DNA of 61,560 bases, filler included, from Hausera hauseri (GCA_046269625.1; 11 parts of 11 records of this genome joined end to end with filler, not necessarily neighbours in it), one strand, 5' to 3'. Numbered from the whole stretch's first letter, positions 38,147-51,500 are shown. Translations and numbers: made by a program. The notes: a model not told the origin generated them from the letters alone.

Positions 38147-40629
38147 TCATTCGTCTGCGCAAGTTCGCTTCCGAATCCGATTCATCCTGCGGCGATTGCG
38201 GGTCAAAGTGGTAGGATGTAGTGGGCTTTTGGGGCAGTATTCCACTACTTTTTTATTTTCTCCATTGGCGTAGTATCTCAGTCTTGTGGCCTCAGCTCTA
38301 CATACGGGGCAGGTCGTCTTCCCATTTTTCATGGTCCACGGTTCTAAACAGTACCTTTAGTACTTGTGGGTACAGTTTTTATTATCCAACACCACGAATC
38401 CTTGGTAGAGATTGGCATAACAAACAGGGCACTCTTCTTTCACCCCCGGTCTGTGTCTACGAGGTTTTCGTCGACTTCTATTCCTTCAAATACTAGTCCC
38501 TTTTTATCATGATATAGGTATCCATATAGTCGTTTTTTGGTTTGGATCTATAGAGCTTTTCTGGGGGTCATCTGACACGGTGACTAACGACCATTCGATG
38601 ATTTCTTGTTTGTCTAAGTCGGGTATTCCGGTTTTCTTATATTTCCATTTTAATTGTATTCGTACTTGGGTATCTACCGGAATGGTTAATCTATTGGTAC
38701 CGTTTTTCGACTGGAATATTTGGGTTAAGTATTTGCCAATGGTTATGTCCTCCCGAGCGTATCCATTCCCACTTACGATTCTCCTAGGAACAGTGGATAC
38801 TTAGAATATGGCTTCCTTCATCTTGCCTTTGCTGTAATATTCGGCCATGACGAGCATTCTGTTATATTTCTTTACTTTGCCAAATTCCGTGACTATGATC
38901 AGTTCATATTCTTCCCAATTTTTCCGAAGAACGTTTACTTCTGTCTTGCGGGGCTTTGTACCGGCAGTTCTCGTCTCGATTTCGTCAGAATTTTCGGCTT
39001 CCACCCTTTTGGGTTCCTTTCTAGATCAATTTGCTTGTTCGTTGAGCGTCGGACGGCCAGCAGATAGTTTCATTTCTTCGCTTAAGTTCTTACTGGTTTT
39101 ACTTCTTTTCTTGCTAATGTACTGCAAAAAGGAAGTTTTCGTTTTTTGTCCTCTTGGAACTTCTCTGATACTCGGTTTCACACTTTCCGTTGCTCTTGAG
39201 GGGACCATTTCTATTTCATTTCGAGCTTGGCTGGTTGATGGTTTTTGTTGGTTGCTGGTCGTTCTAACTGAGCTGTTTTGAACGGTCACTTGAAATCTCT
39301 TGTGTCCTTGAGGCTCAACTTGTCTACATATTGGGTATTCGCTAAATCCTTTTCGGAATTTTTGTATTAAGATTCTTTGATTGTTGTCTGACATCACATT
39401 TAGTGTATGGTTCCTAGGCTTCCACTCGTGTTCCCATCGTAGTGAGGCATAAATATCTTTTATAAGCTTCGTTCGTTGACTTCCTGACATCAACTTAGGA
39501 AATGGCTTACCATTCATGGCTTCTAGCATCATCTTGAATTGTAATTTACGTGATGCTAGCGGAAGGAGACATCCTCTTTTCCTCATTAATGTGTTTTCTA
39601 CTTGGCTTACTGCCGCGGGATTTCGACTCAGTTCACGAATTCCGGCTATATACTCCTGTCTAATTCCTAGTCTTTCTAACATTTCGTGTACTCGAAATCC
39701 GGTTACAATGCATCCGTATAAGCAATGGCTTATATCTTTCTGAATTTCCAAGAAATTTTTCCCTTTTTCGAGTTGTACTTTCGTAATTCCGGTAACATCG
39801 GGAAAGGTATCCTTCACCCGAGTTCTAGGTGAAATTATTTTACTTATAAGTTCTTCCCGTTTGTACTTCGAATAGAAACATCAATCGGTGTATACCATCC
39901 ATCATCCTTTTCTCCATAGTTCACGGCTAAAATTCGAGTATTTCGGCTGTCTGGAACTAATCGGTAAGATTCGCCATTCTGTTCTATCTCATCTTCTAAA
40001 GGCTTTTGTATGCATAGTAATGGTGGTAGCCGTTTCATCACTTCTGTCCGCCATGTCATTTCGAACATGAGTTTAGTTGGAAGTTCTGCGATTCTGAATT
40101 CCAAAGCTTAGTTCATAAGACTATATCAAAATAATTCATACGTGATAATTTTTTTTTCCTAATGGTTGGAAACGGAAGCTTCCATATTCCAATTTTTGGG
40201 TGGTATCATCGTAAATAAATACTAGGTTCTTTAGGGTAAGTGTTGTACAGATCGAGCTGCAACTGGTAGTTGTGTCCTAGCTGTAATCTACAGCACACAG
40301 TAAGCCATCGTCGTGCGATATAACAATACTCCGGAATAGGCACCGAAGTGTTCAATGGTATAAATCGGACAGAAATTTGTCTATCTTCTGGCAGTTCTAT
40401 TTTGGTCTCAATTCAAATACACTGTTTTTTTAAGTTTTTGGAAATCTCAATAATGTTATCATCTAAGAGGCTTTTAAATGGGTCAGTATTTTGGATTATC
40501 TCATCCGTCTTGGTACAATTCGTGTCATTTTGTTGAGGAATCTGGGCTGATTATAATAGGAAATTTAAAATCTATATCGATTTTTTGTCCGAAAGCCAAC
40601 TTACGACATTTCCTATGGGCTGCGTACGG
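38147..40629 (-). pseudogene. Degenerate long ORF of a probable LTR element ending in a RING finger
   Basis: CPVC-x13-CTHKY*RYC-x3-W-x8-CPVC at ~38296-38433, just upstream of PPT/LTR; upstream pieces unassigned. Confidence 0.6.
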
Positions 40630-40729
40630 NNNNNNNNNNNNNNNNNNNNNNNNNNNNNNNNNNNNNNNNNNNNTTAATTAATTAANNNNNNNNNNNNNNN
40701 NNNNNNNNNNNNNNNNNNNNNNNNNNNNN

Positions 40730-40835
40730 TCTTCATCGCTAATGTCCGAATCGGAAAATTTGTTGTAAAACATTTCCCGAGGTGGTAGGCTGGTTTCATC
40801 CAATTTGTTCCATGACGTTATGTAGTCATAGGGAA
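40730..40835 (-). pseudogene. Polinton-type DNA polymerase B fragment
   Basis: FPYDYITSWNKLDETSLPPREMFYNK. Confidence 0.75.
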
Positions 40836-42636
40836 TCACAAAACAAAAAATCACAAAACAAAATCTGTGGATTTAAGCTCATTTATTTAAATCCATAGTT
40901 TAAAGTCTGCAGTTAAGTATTCAAAAAGAATGATGAACGAATTGATCAGCCGTAGCAACAAGATGCCTTCTGAGAGAAAAACGAACGAACCGAGCAGTGG
41001 TAGCAGCAGGATGCCTCCAACGGCCAACAACTGTGTCAAAAAGCAATTGTGCTTAACCAATGCACCGAAACCTGGGAAACAAATCTCAAAGGAAGGTACA
41101 AAATCCACATTAGTCGGAATTGCCGAAAGGAAAATGCGTGTAGCGCCGAACTATCGGATACCAAAACGGCCTCAATCAGAGGTGACTACGATGCGAGATC
41201 TAGACGTCAGCCAAACCTCGGCAGTCAAGACTGACCAGCCGTGCGTGACCTGGCGAGACACCGGCTCCAAAGAAAGACGACGCCGCAACACAGGCAATTG
41301 TGCCCCGTACCGGTCCCACTCGGATTTTCTGACGGTACGGGTGCTGCTACAACGAAGCCGCTTCGTACGGCACCTGACCATATTGGGACGGAATGAATCC
41401 TATTCCTTACCCGGTGGAACGCTCCATTGGTTTTATGAGGACGGGAAAAATCGACGTCTTTTCGAATCGTCGGTTTTCCTGCTTGTCTTCCTGAGACTGC
41501 TGGCGACCGCAGACCGCCTATACGAATCGCTGGCTCCATCGGAGAGCCAGTTGATTTCTGACCGTCGAACCGCTGACAAACCGCAGGGTAGGACAGTGAG
41601 CTCCAGTCCAGACGAAGTTTTCGTACCGTGCCGTCGATGCCGGCTGCTGCCGGTAAGACTCGAACCAACAACAACCGATTCCAGTTCGGACGACGTTCCA
41701 ACCGGTGTACGCCGATGTCTCCGAAATGGCTCAGCATTGTCCTCCACGGACGCCTCGTACGCCTCGATTGACTCTACCAACACCGATTGTGATAACAATA
41801 AACTTTGTGACAATTACCCCGTTTTTTCTTCATTTTATTGTGTCATTTTTAATTTGTTGTTTTATCGCTATTATGTGGTGGGCCAGAGGTAAGGCCTGCA
41901 TTAAGGCACCGATCTCTAAAGTACCACTTATTAATGATTGTTGGAGCTGGAATAAAACGCAAATTGCCACGATAATAATTGTTGAAGATGTCGACTTGGG
42001 TCTTGTATTTGAGCAAATCGGATTCTCGCTGCCCACTTCGTCATCTCATCACGTCAATATTCATTATTATTATATCACTAATGACGACAACTCAAAATTG
42101 TTTATTGGTATATTACAAATACCCAGAGGATTATCGAAAATCTCTTTATTAAATGTTGGCTAATACGAACTGAAAATCGAGATGTATTATCGAATTGATA
42201 ACGAAATTCAATTTGTCGATACGAATGAATTGTATCCGTATCAATTTGGTTGTAATAATGGCGAATGTCACTTAAAAATTAATGTTAAACAATTTTGTGT
42301 GCAAGTGGATTTGACATGCGTCGCTAATTCATCAGTTACTGATATTGAGAAATCGGAAATCCAAGGATTGGTACGAATTGGCGAATTGGAATTTGATCCG
42401 TCTGGTGCTATTGAGGTGAATATGATTGAAGGAATAGTAGAGGAAATGACAAGTCGGGCAATTCGTACATCATATAGTGTTTATGGGAAAATTATTTTAT
42501 TGAGTAATGAACCAGAAATTGCCGCAATCGTTGAGGCGGATCTATTTCGAAGGGATTATGCGAACAATTCGTCATTGGTTTGTAAAATGGACTTGTTGTG
42601 TAGTGAGCATAAAGTGACCGCTGAAGAAACATTACA

Positions 42637-44185
42637 GGCGGGGACCTCGGCTACCCCGAAATTTGTGATCCGCCGCGGCGGGGCTGAAGTCCCGGCCGCC
42701 CACTTTATACCATTTGGTCGGGCGGCACTGTTTGCAGACGCCCCACGACACGCCCTCGGCTACACGACCTCTCCGCATTTCCTCTTCTTTTTTCTAAATA
42801 ATAAACATATTTGCACAAATGCTTTAACACACTTAAATACTGCGGCTGTCTACAACATCATCTCCACTTTTCTTTGCTCATCTGACTTTTACCTCACACA
42901 CCACGGCTCCACGGTATTTCTCGTTGGACTTTGTAACGTTCTTCAACTTATATCAACCTCCACGTACACTTTCGCATCCGTGGTGGCATGAATTCATTGC
43001 CCGCCATAGACACCACGGATAAAACCACCACGAAACCAAAATCTGTCATACTATTTCAAAAACCCACTCTTGCTTCCACCAATAATACTTCACCTATTAC
43101 CTCTTCCGCTCCTTTCCCTAATTGCACCCTATTCTTCATTGACACCCAAGGCTCCAGCAAAACGTGGTTGCAATTACATCAACTGTGACTACAGGCAAAC
43201 AATATCACCGACCCCTTAACAAAGGCACACAATCTCCTCTTTTTACTCCCTAACAACATTAAAACACAAATTCATAACATCCTTGAAATCTTTGAACTTC
43301 CTGATTCATACTCACAGCTCTCCAACGCTGTTCATAAAATCACAGAACCCTCAATGGACATCATCATACAACGCTTCTTCCACGACAATGTTATAGGCAC
43401 ACCATCAGAATTTTTACGCACGTCTTTGGCACATCTGCACACTCTCGGCGTCACTAAAGAACACAACCCCGAACTACTGCGTCATTACTTTCTTAACGCG
43501 TTACCCATCCAAATTCGGGTCCTACTTACCGTGGTGGATGACTCCACGGCTCTTGATAAATTAGCCGAATTAGCCGACAAGACACACGATATTCTACACT
43601 TAAATTCCCTATTAGTCGTTTCGGTGGCAGTTGTCCCTAACGATATTCAATCCAATAACATATCAATAGAACAACAACTCACACAGCTACGTGCTGAAAA
43701 TACCGCAATACACATAAATATTAACAATATAAACAACAAAATGAACGAGCTTTCCCTGTCCCGGAGAAGGGATTTTGTTGCTAACCGCGCCCATTCTGCA
43801 TCTAGAAACCGACCACCATCGTTTGCGAAGTCGTCGATCTGCTATTATCGTAGCAGAATTAATAAGAATGCCAAAAATGCTGCCTAGAGTGCAAATTTTA
43901 CAATAAAAGTTTTCCTTCAAACACCGTTGTTTGATTTTACCACGCAAAGTTTAAAAATCAAGCCCGTAAATGCATTCCAAGCTGCACCTTCAAACCAGAG
44001 ACGAACGACGGACGTATTACCTTTTCTTTTAATAGTAGTCCTAGTTCAATCACTTCGACGAAATCACTTCATCCAACACCATTTTCAATTCAACCATCTT
44101 ACACCAAATACCACTTGACTGCACATCACCAAACAATTCACAAATCGCATCCGCAACTACTAAAGCTGCTTCACTATCATTATTG
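42637..44185 (+). mobile_element. CsRn1-like Gypsy fragment: leader-Ubl-Gag, protease deleted, truncated
   Basis: HVHFRIRGG|MNSLPAID (ATG 42988); LRHYFLNALPIQIR; 44100-44185 matches the pro-RT linker of the other copies. Confidence 0.88.
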
Positions 44186-44448
44186 ACTAAAAAAATCATA
44201 CTAATACCACATATTTCCATATTACTTTACAACCGCAGTTCTTACTTATTTCTGGAATCTATCAAGTGTTATACTGAACCGGAATATTTAATAAACAGCA
44301 GCAATAACACGATGAATAAGAGGCTTTTTGGACAAGCACAATATCCGCTAAATCTTAACTCACATATTCCGAAAGAATTTCAAAGAATTATTCCGGGCTC
44401 TGTTCCAGATGGAACATCAAATCCCATTTATTGGTCAGATTCTTTAAA

Positions 44449-45179
44449 GGAAATAGCATTCCTCCTGGTTTTAATGACCACGTGGAGATACCACGCTACC
44501 CATCTTGCTGTGTATCCCCATCATTTTCTATCTACCGTTTTGTCAATAATAAATTTATCCATACAGGGCATATAACACAATGTATCGACACAATACAATT
44601 ATATGACCTCATTCATAAATTCGCTACTTTTAATGACTTTTATTTGACTCACAATGGATTTATTTTAACTGACCTCTCACACATCCTGTCCACACACTAC
44701 TACCTCTGTATTCACATCCACCCTAGAATTCGCAGCAGTATGATTTCTTTACCAAACAGTGACATAACAAATAAGATGACCACAAAACCAAAATCCATTA
44801 TCTACTATCCAAAATCAAACCATCTAACTCCCCCAACCGATACTAGCTTTTCTGACAAAACCTCTACAATTACACTTTCACATTGCTCTGTATACTTTAC
44901 AGACAATGAAAATTCTAGTAAGACTTGGCTACACTTCCATCAACTTTGGCTACAATCTAACTGCATTACCGACTCGTTAACCAAAGCCCATAATCTACTC
45001 GACCTTCTACCAAACTCCATAAAGACCTCAATCCATAACTTACTGGACATCTTTCAACATCCAAACCCTTATACGCAATTGTTCAGTGCTGTATTAAAGC
45101 TAACAGAACCACCACCTGACTCGATAATACAACGATTCTTTAATGAAAACGCAATGGGGACACAAAAACCTAGTGATTT
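44449..45179 (+). mobile_element. CsRn1-like Gypsy fragment: leader-Ubl (GG mutated to SS)-Gag start
   Basis: DFYLTHNG...HIHPRIRSS|M (ATG 44740), SSKTWLHFHQLWLQSN. Confidence 0.85.
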
Positions 45180-45303
45180 NNNNNNNNNNNNNNNNNNNNN
45201 NNNNNNNNNNNNNNNNNNNNNNNTTAATTAATTAANNNNNNNNNNNNNNNNNNNNNNNNNNNNNNNNNNNNNNNNNNNNATACATTATAAAACATCCAAC
45301 AAA

Positions 45304-45332
45304 TGGTAGCAGAGCGTGGTTTCGATCCACGA
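45304..45332 (-). tRNA. 3' fragment of initiator tRNA-Met including CCA (or long iMet PBS on the + strand)
   Basis: Minus strand TCGTGGATCGAAACCACGCTCTGCTACCA; GATCGAAA T-loop and CTCTGCTA acceptor are diagnostic of eukaryotic tRNA-iMet. Confidence 0.8.
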
Positions 45333-45519
45333 GGCTATCATTTAAATATTATGATAATGTTCCAACAAATGGTATATATTGGACTAAAAGTAGAGAAACT
45401 GGCGAAAGTGAGATGTTATATGAATATTAATGGTTATCGTTTTCGTCCTCTTATCTTACCAAGCGCTAGTCGGGATTTGTTTGTTAGAATGCATGATAAA
45501 ATCCATATGCATGTTTGCA

Positions 45520-45790
45520 CGTCAATATCTAATGGTGGAATCATTCCCCCGCGGAGGGGCACCGCGAGAACAATGGTCAGGTGTGCTTGTAGGTTTAATA
45601 TAAATGTCTTTTTATATTGCTATATATTGATTAAGGGAATTTGGAGGCTGGGGAGAATTCGTAGATCGAATATCATGGGATCTGGAGTTAATAACGAGAT
45701 GAAGAATATGAAGTTTAATGACAAAAGGAGGGAGACAAGGAGAGACATAATAAATATGTTGTGTATGAATGGGATGCAGCCGTATAATAA
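45520..45790 (-). mobile_element. Diverged isolated Ubl-GG|M cassette of the same family
   Basis: AHLTIVLAVPLRGG|MIPPLDID matches the GG|MxxxxxID of other copies; Gag stops a few codons later. Confidence 0.55.
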
Positions 45791-46134
45791 TAATAACCTT
45801 CGAGTATATTGCAATAATATCATCGTAAATTTCCTAATTAAAAATGTGCGGATGTTTCGCATGGCGATGGAATTAGTAAAAAATGGGTCAGTTCAATAAT
45901 GCTGACAAAAAATCCGTATAAGTTGGTTACGGGGTCGAGTAATTCTACGATTCAAAAATTTCTAAGCGGAAACAAGAAAGCATGCATCCCGAGAAACGAA
46001 TCATATGGGCCCAAAGAAGGGATGGTGAAAGTTATACGGGAGGGTTGCGTCAGAAACAAATTGGACTCCCATTTAAAGGAAGACATATAATAATCTGACG
46101 AATTTGTTGTGCCAATTTCGTATAAATTTTCCAT

Positions 46135-49100
46135 GCGGTGTGTTTCCTTGAAGAGTTTGAAGTTGGAGAAAAATGTCGGATTTTGTTGTGAGTGTTGTGT
46201 CGTGCAAAGATGAGTCAGAATAAAGAGAAGGAGAAAGTGAAGGAGGAAGAGAGATTGTTGAAGACGAAGAAATAATAAAAGGTGTAGTGGCTGATAAAGG
46301 AAGAGAGAAAGAAATTGGAATTGAATTGGTTAAAAGAGTGGAAGTGGAAGATGAAGCAGAGGTAATGGTAGAGAAAGGAAGAGAGATATCGATAGAAGCA
46401 AAGAAAGGAGAAAGTCGCGAAGTGAAAGTGAAAGGGGTAGAAGACGATGTGTGAGGAGAAACGGCGGAAGAAAGGGCCGAAGATGAAGAAGATGTGGAAA
46501 GAGAAGGAGAGAGCAAGAAAAAACGGCGAAGAGTTATAAGGCGAAAGAGAGCGAGAAGATGGAGAAGGCAAGGGAAAGTAGTTGGAAGGTGGTATGCAAG
46601 AGGTAGGAATGATGAAAGGTATAGGTGGAGAGATTGGTTAAGTCAAAGTGGTGTTTGATGGAGGAAGTATTGTAAGAGGAAAAAGTAGGTTGTTACCAGG
46701 GGATGGAGGAGGTGTTGGAAAGCTTGAAGGTGCAAAATCGGATGGGGCGAAAGAGGCTGAATTGGGAGAAGAAATTGAAGTGGAAGTTTTTGGAGAAAAC
46801 GTAGAAGAAATTGGATTAAGAAATTGAGCAGAGATGGAAGGTGAAATGTTGGATTGCTGCGCGTCGTGCAAAGATGTTGGTGGAGAAGTGACTTCAATGG
46901 GAGACGTATCGTCGATGAAGAAGGCCGGTTTAACATTATTGATGTGAACGGTTACTTCTTTGTCGCCTTTGGGAATGATGATGTTATGGGAGTGTAAGCA
47001 AATCAATTTGTAAGGGCCGACATACTGAGGTTGAAAGCCACACGGCGTCTGATTGTTTAACCAAACGAACTTGGCAGTATTTAAATCGTCGGATTTGTAG
47101 GGTTTATTTGCGTGTAACAATCTGAAAAATGACTCTTTGCTGATCTCAACGAAGTGTCTTTGTGCCGCTTGTATGGTTTTGTCTGTAGGAGTATTGTCCA
47201 ACTCAGTCAGCTCGAATAATGATTTGATAGATGTGCCAAATAATTCTTCTGCAGGTGAACAGCCTGTAGAAGTAGATGGTGTGTTCCGCCAGCCAAGCAG
47301 AACGTACGGAAGGAGTTTGCTCCAACTGCGCTTGGACTCAGCAAGAATTTTAAGAGACGTTTTCATCGTTCAATGAAAGCTTTCGAGAAGGCCATTCGAT
47401 TGGGGATTATATGGTGACGTGTAAATGTGGTTAATTCCCAATCAATTAACAAGAGCTTTAAACAGGTTGGATTCGAACTGTGGCCCTTGGTCCAAAATGA
47501 TGTGGCGAGGTGATCCAAACCTGCTGATCCAAGTGCGGATGAAAACGTTTGCAATAGTTTCTGTGTTGGTGCTCCGAAGCGGGACAGCCTCTGGCCATCG
47601 CGAGGAACGATCCATCATTGTAAGAATGAACTGATGGCCGTTGTCTAAGGGTAATGGGCCTACAAGGTCAATGTGAACAGATTCGAAACGAGACGTGCAG
47701 GCAAAATGAAATAATGGTAACATTAGGTGCTTAGTAACTTTGTATTTTTGGCATGCCACACACTGCCTAACCCATGCCTGCACGTCAGAGCGCATCGACG
47801 GAAATACTACTTGGCATTGTAAGAGTCGAAAAGTGGCCTTGGCACCGGGATGATGCAACGAATAGATGCTATTGAATGCTTCTTTTTGAAGCGATTCAGA
47901 AAGGATGACTTTAGGATTATTAAGTTTGGAAGTGTCGAAAGCCACATCGTCGGTGTCTATAAGAAAGTTAATGTTTTGCTTTGTTGGAGTATCAAATATG
48001 CTTCCAACGTGAATACAGCAAAGAAAAGTGTCGGCTATCTTTTTGGAGGTTGGTGCCTTTGCTAACACTTGCCATGTGTCGTAGCGGCGAAATTAGTTTT
48101 TTGTACCTTGTGAGTTTGGCCCACTGTGCTGTGCGAATTTCGTGGTGTTGGTTTTATTGTGTATGTTGTAGTTGCAGCCAGGTAGGCATTTTTGTGCTTT
48201 TGTGCCAAATTTTGAGTGACAGATGCAAAAGATGTTGCTTGTATTAAAATCAGGGTAATAAAATTGACAACCGATGCAGCATTTCTGACCATTATTACCA
48301 AATTTGCTATGATACTAGCAAATAGATGACCGCGCGAGCGAAGGCGACCGTCTTTGATGTTGATTAAATACATTAGGGGAAGCAGGCCTAGAAAAACCCC
48401 GTCGAGGCAGCGTTAATTCTTTTAATTTTTGGTTTATGTTGTTTATTGTTTCTTGCAGAATTTAATTTTCTGTGGGTAATTGCGCAATTTGTTGCTGCAG
48501 CATTGCATTTTGTTGCTGTTGATATGTTGTTAATGCCGCATTGACAGTTGGTGTTGTGTGCGAGTGCAGTACTTCGTATGCCTTGTTTGTCAGTCGGCTA
48601 GCTTGTCCAGAGCCGTGGAGTCTTTGACGACGGTAAGCAAAGCTCTTATTTGAAGGGGCAATGCATTTAGAAAGTAGCAGAGAATAAGTTTTGGACTATG
48701 CTCAGATGTTACGCCAAGGTGTTGAGGTGAAACAAGAATGTGCGTAAGAATTCAGAAGGCTTCTGAAGACCCATGGCGTTATCGTTGAAAAATCTTTGAA
48801 TGATTGAATTGATTGAAGGTTCAGTCAGCTTGAGAACGACATTATACAGTTGAGTATATGGGTTAGTGTGCTGAAGGATATCGATTATAGTGGTAATTTT
48901 GGTTACGATAGAAAGTGGTAAGTGGTAAAAGAGGCTAATAGCTTTGGATAGAGTCGACGACGTTCTGTGATTGCAGCCAAAATTGGTGCAGTTTTAGCCA
49001 AGTTTGAGTAGAGTTTTGGCTGTCGAGGAAATATTCAGTGCAAGGTGAATAAGTGAGGAATGTGCGTTGTGTAGAGATGTTGGAAGCGCTGTGTTTGGAT

Positions 49101-49640
49101 AAATGAATGATGGGGATCTGTGGTTTGTAAGTTTGTCCGTGGTATCAATTTTGGGCGATAAATCCATGCCACCACGGGTACGGAAATGAATATGAAAGCA
49201 GACGCAAGTTGTAGAAAGTTGGAGGGGTTTAGCGAAAGGTACTACACATTCATTGTATGTGATGTACAAGTCAGAGGAGTGGAGTAGGGTAGAGATGAAG
49301 TTATGAATGGTTTCAGTGTGTAAATGCAATGCTGTGTGTATATATTTGTTATGTAGAAAAAGAAAGATGGAGTAGGGAGAGGTGATATGTCCGGGGCGTG
49401 TTGTGAGGTGTCAGCGAAAGGCGCCCTCTGACCCACTGGCGCAGCGTGGGTGGCAGGGACCTCAGCCTCGCCGCGGCGGGTCCCAAATTTCGGTGTGACT
49501 GAATACTTACCTGTTTCAATGCGAGGTGTTTTGTAGATGACAAACGGTTGGATGGGTGATTTGGCAGCGATTTTGTAGGAATTGTATTGTGGAACTGTGG
49601 TGACGCCGAAATAATTGTACGATAGCTTAGTACTCCGGAG
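46135..49640 (-). mobile_element. CsRn1-like Gypsy with internal deletion (protease to RH), leader-Ubl, twin-CHCC Gag, IN with very long S/P tail
   Basis: HIHFRTRGG|MDLSPKID (ATG 49167); NFLIDTDDVAFDTSK junction joins the protease start to the IN region. Confidence 0.9.
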
Positions 49641-50039
49641 TATGTCAGCTCGAGATTCTTTAACTTTTTCTGATTGAATATTTTGGTTCGTTTTACTAGA
49701 TTTTTTATAGTCAAAGACTTTGACTCTTCAACTGATCTCATAAGCAGTTGGTTAGATGCATTTGAAACGGTTTAACTGGATTCTGTTCTGTCGGCCATAT
49801 TGTAACGACCAGACATTTCAAAAGAATAGTGCATAGTTTTGACAATTTTATACGGCTTATTACTATAGACAACTTGAAGATTCTCCACATGATTTTTATC
49901 TGCCTTTGCAAGGAGTTCAATTTTGCTTATTATTTCTTGATTTTGGTTATTGTACAGTTTACCTGTGGATTTTATTGCACTGACTTGACTTGCGATATTA
50001 TAACCACGGCCTTCTCTTTTATTTGATTCCGACGCAATC

Positions 50040-51500
50040 TTTAGCATACATTCTATTGCTTCCAAGCTATCCGGCATGTCTGCTTTGACAATGATTCGCA
50101 CATCCGGCACCTCGATATCTCGTTCAATTTTTGGATCATGGATAAAATCGGCCAGTTGAGGACGATTAGCTCGAAATCGATAACCTTTTCGATATTTCTC
50201 CACCAATTATTCGTTGTAACTTTTACAATAACCGTCGAGTAATTTTAAATAGGGTTTGTAATCCTCGGACGATTTTTTATTGTCCAATTCCCTAAGGCAA
50301 TTATTGATTACAACTTTTACATGTTGTTCATTCGGCACTTCAATCAACAAATCACCGGCTTTTGGATCACCGTTTTTCCATCCAGTGATGTGAATTGGAT
50401 TACTTGGACTGGCTATTGTAAATAGATGCCTGGAATCCGATAGTATCTTTCGAACTTTAGCCCAAGCCAATACTGCTATACAAACTGTACCGATTTTCAT
50501 ACATCTTTGTTGAACTAAAACTTGCTACTTTTCCGAAATTTTCCGTCATTTTTGAATCGAGAATAACCTTTTCCACGGGCCGTTGTAATCCGTTCTCAAA
50601 TTGAGAACTTCCTATGGGGCTTAAATAGATTCTTGAAGTACATCGAAATTCCACTGTTTCTCATCTGATTTTGGAATAAATTGTACATCTCCACCGTAAT
50701 CTTCGACAACAATGCCAAGTTTTGCCAGACTTTCTTTAATTGGTTCAAAATCCTTCTTAGAATTATTCGGTATCATATCGGTGAATGATTTCGAAATTCG
50801 ATCAATCTTGTTTACAGCAACTATGATGGGAACTTTAGCTTCTTTGGAATATCTGATCAATTCTAAAGTTTGAGGCATAAGTCCATCTTCAGGTGCAACT
50901 ACTAGCACAATAATGTCCGTACAATTCGCGCCCCGAAAACGCATATCTGAAAGTGCTGCATGGCCCGGAGTGTCGATAAATGTTACGACATCGACTATTC
51001 TGTTTTTTGTGAATCTTTGGTTAAATACTTTTTACTAAGGTCGAATAAATTAACTTTGAATGCGCCAGTATGTTATATAGTTCCGTCGAACTCCAATTCA
51101 ACTTGTTTGCTTCAACGTAAATTGTCGAATAAAATCGTTTTACCATGATTAACATGCCCCATTATTGTCACAATAAGTAACCGATGTTTAGTATTTAATA
51201 TGGAATGAGAACGTCTCAAAGAAATATATGTCTTTTGATAAAATTTCGTTGTTTCTTCAGCACGGAACTCGATAGAACGTCCAAATACTTAGCCACGACC
51301 CTCAGCAAATATGGATCACTGAAAGCCGTAGTTGGCGATACCGTTTGCTTTTATGATGCACGTTTTTTGACAACCATCATAAAATCAAAAACATCATTTC
51401 CAATGGAATTCGATAATTCAGAAACGGTAGTATCTTTGCATACCAACACTTTCCGTTTGTCCTTTCGCTTGACTTTTACAAAAGCTTTATATATCGAACA
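50040..51500 (-). pseudogene. MTIF2: Intronless mitochondrial translation initiation factor IF-2 fragment
   Basis: [53 protein letters not shown]; stops and frameshifts; truncated. Confidence 0.85.

Noticed and set aside
40280-40629. Possible integrase GPY/F tail
   Set aside because: Motifs too degenerate to assign
42640-42700. Possible HDV-like or hammerhead ribozyme, or tRNA-Trp PBS (ACCCCGA), in the GC-rich leader
   Set aside because: No ribozyme core topology found; no copy has the TGG of a PBS, and variation is at synonymous positions, which points to coding constraint
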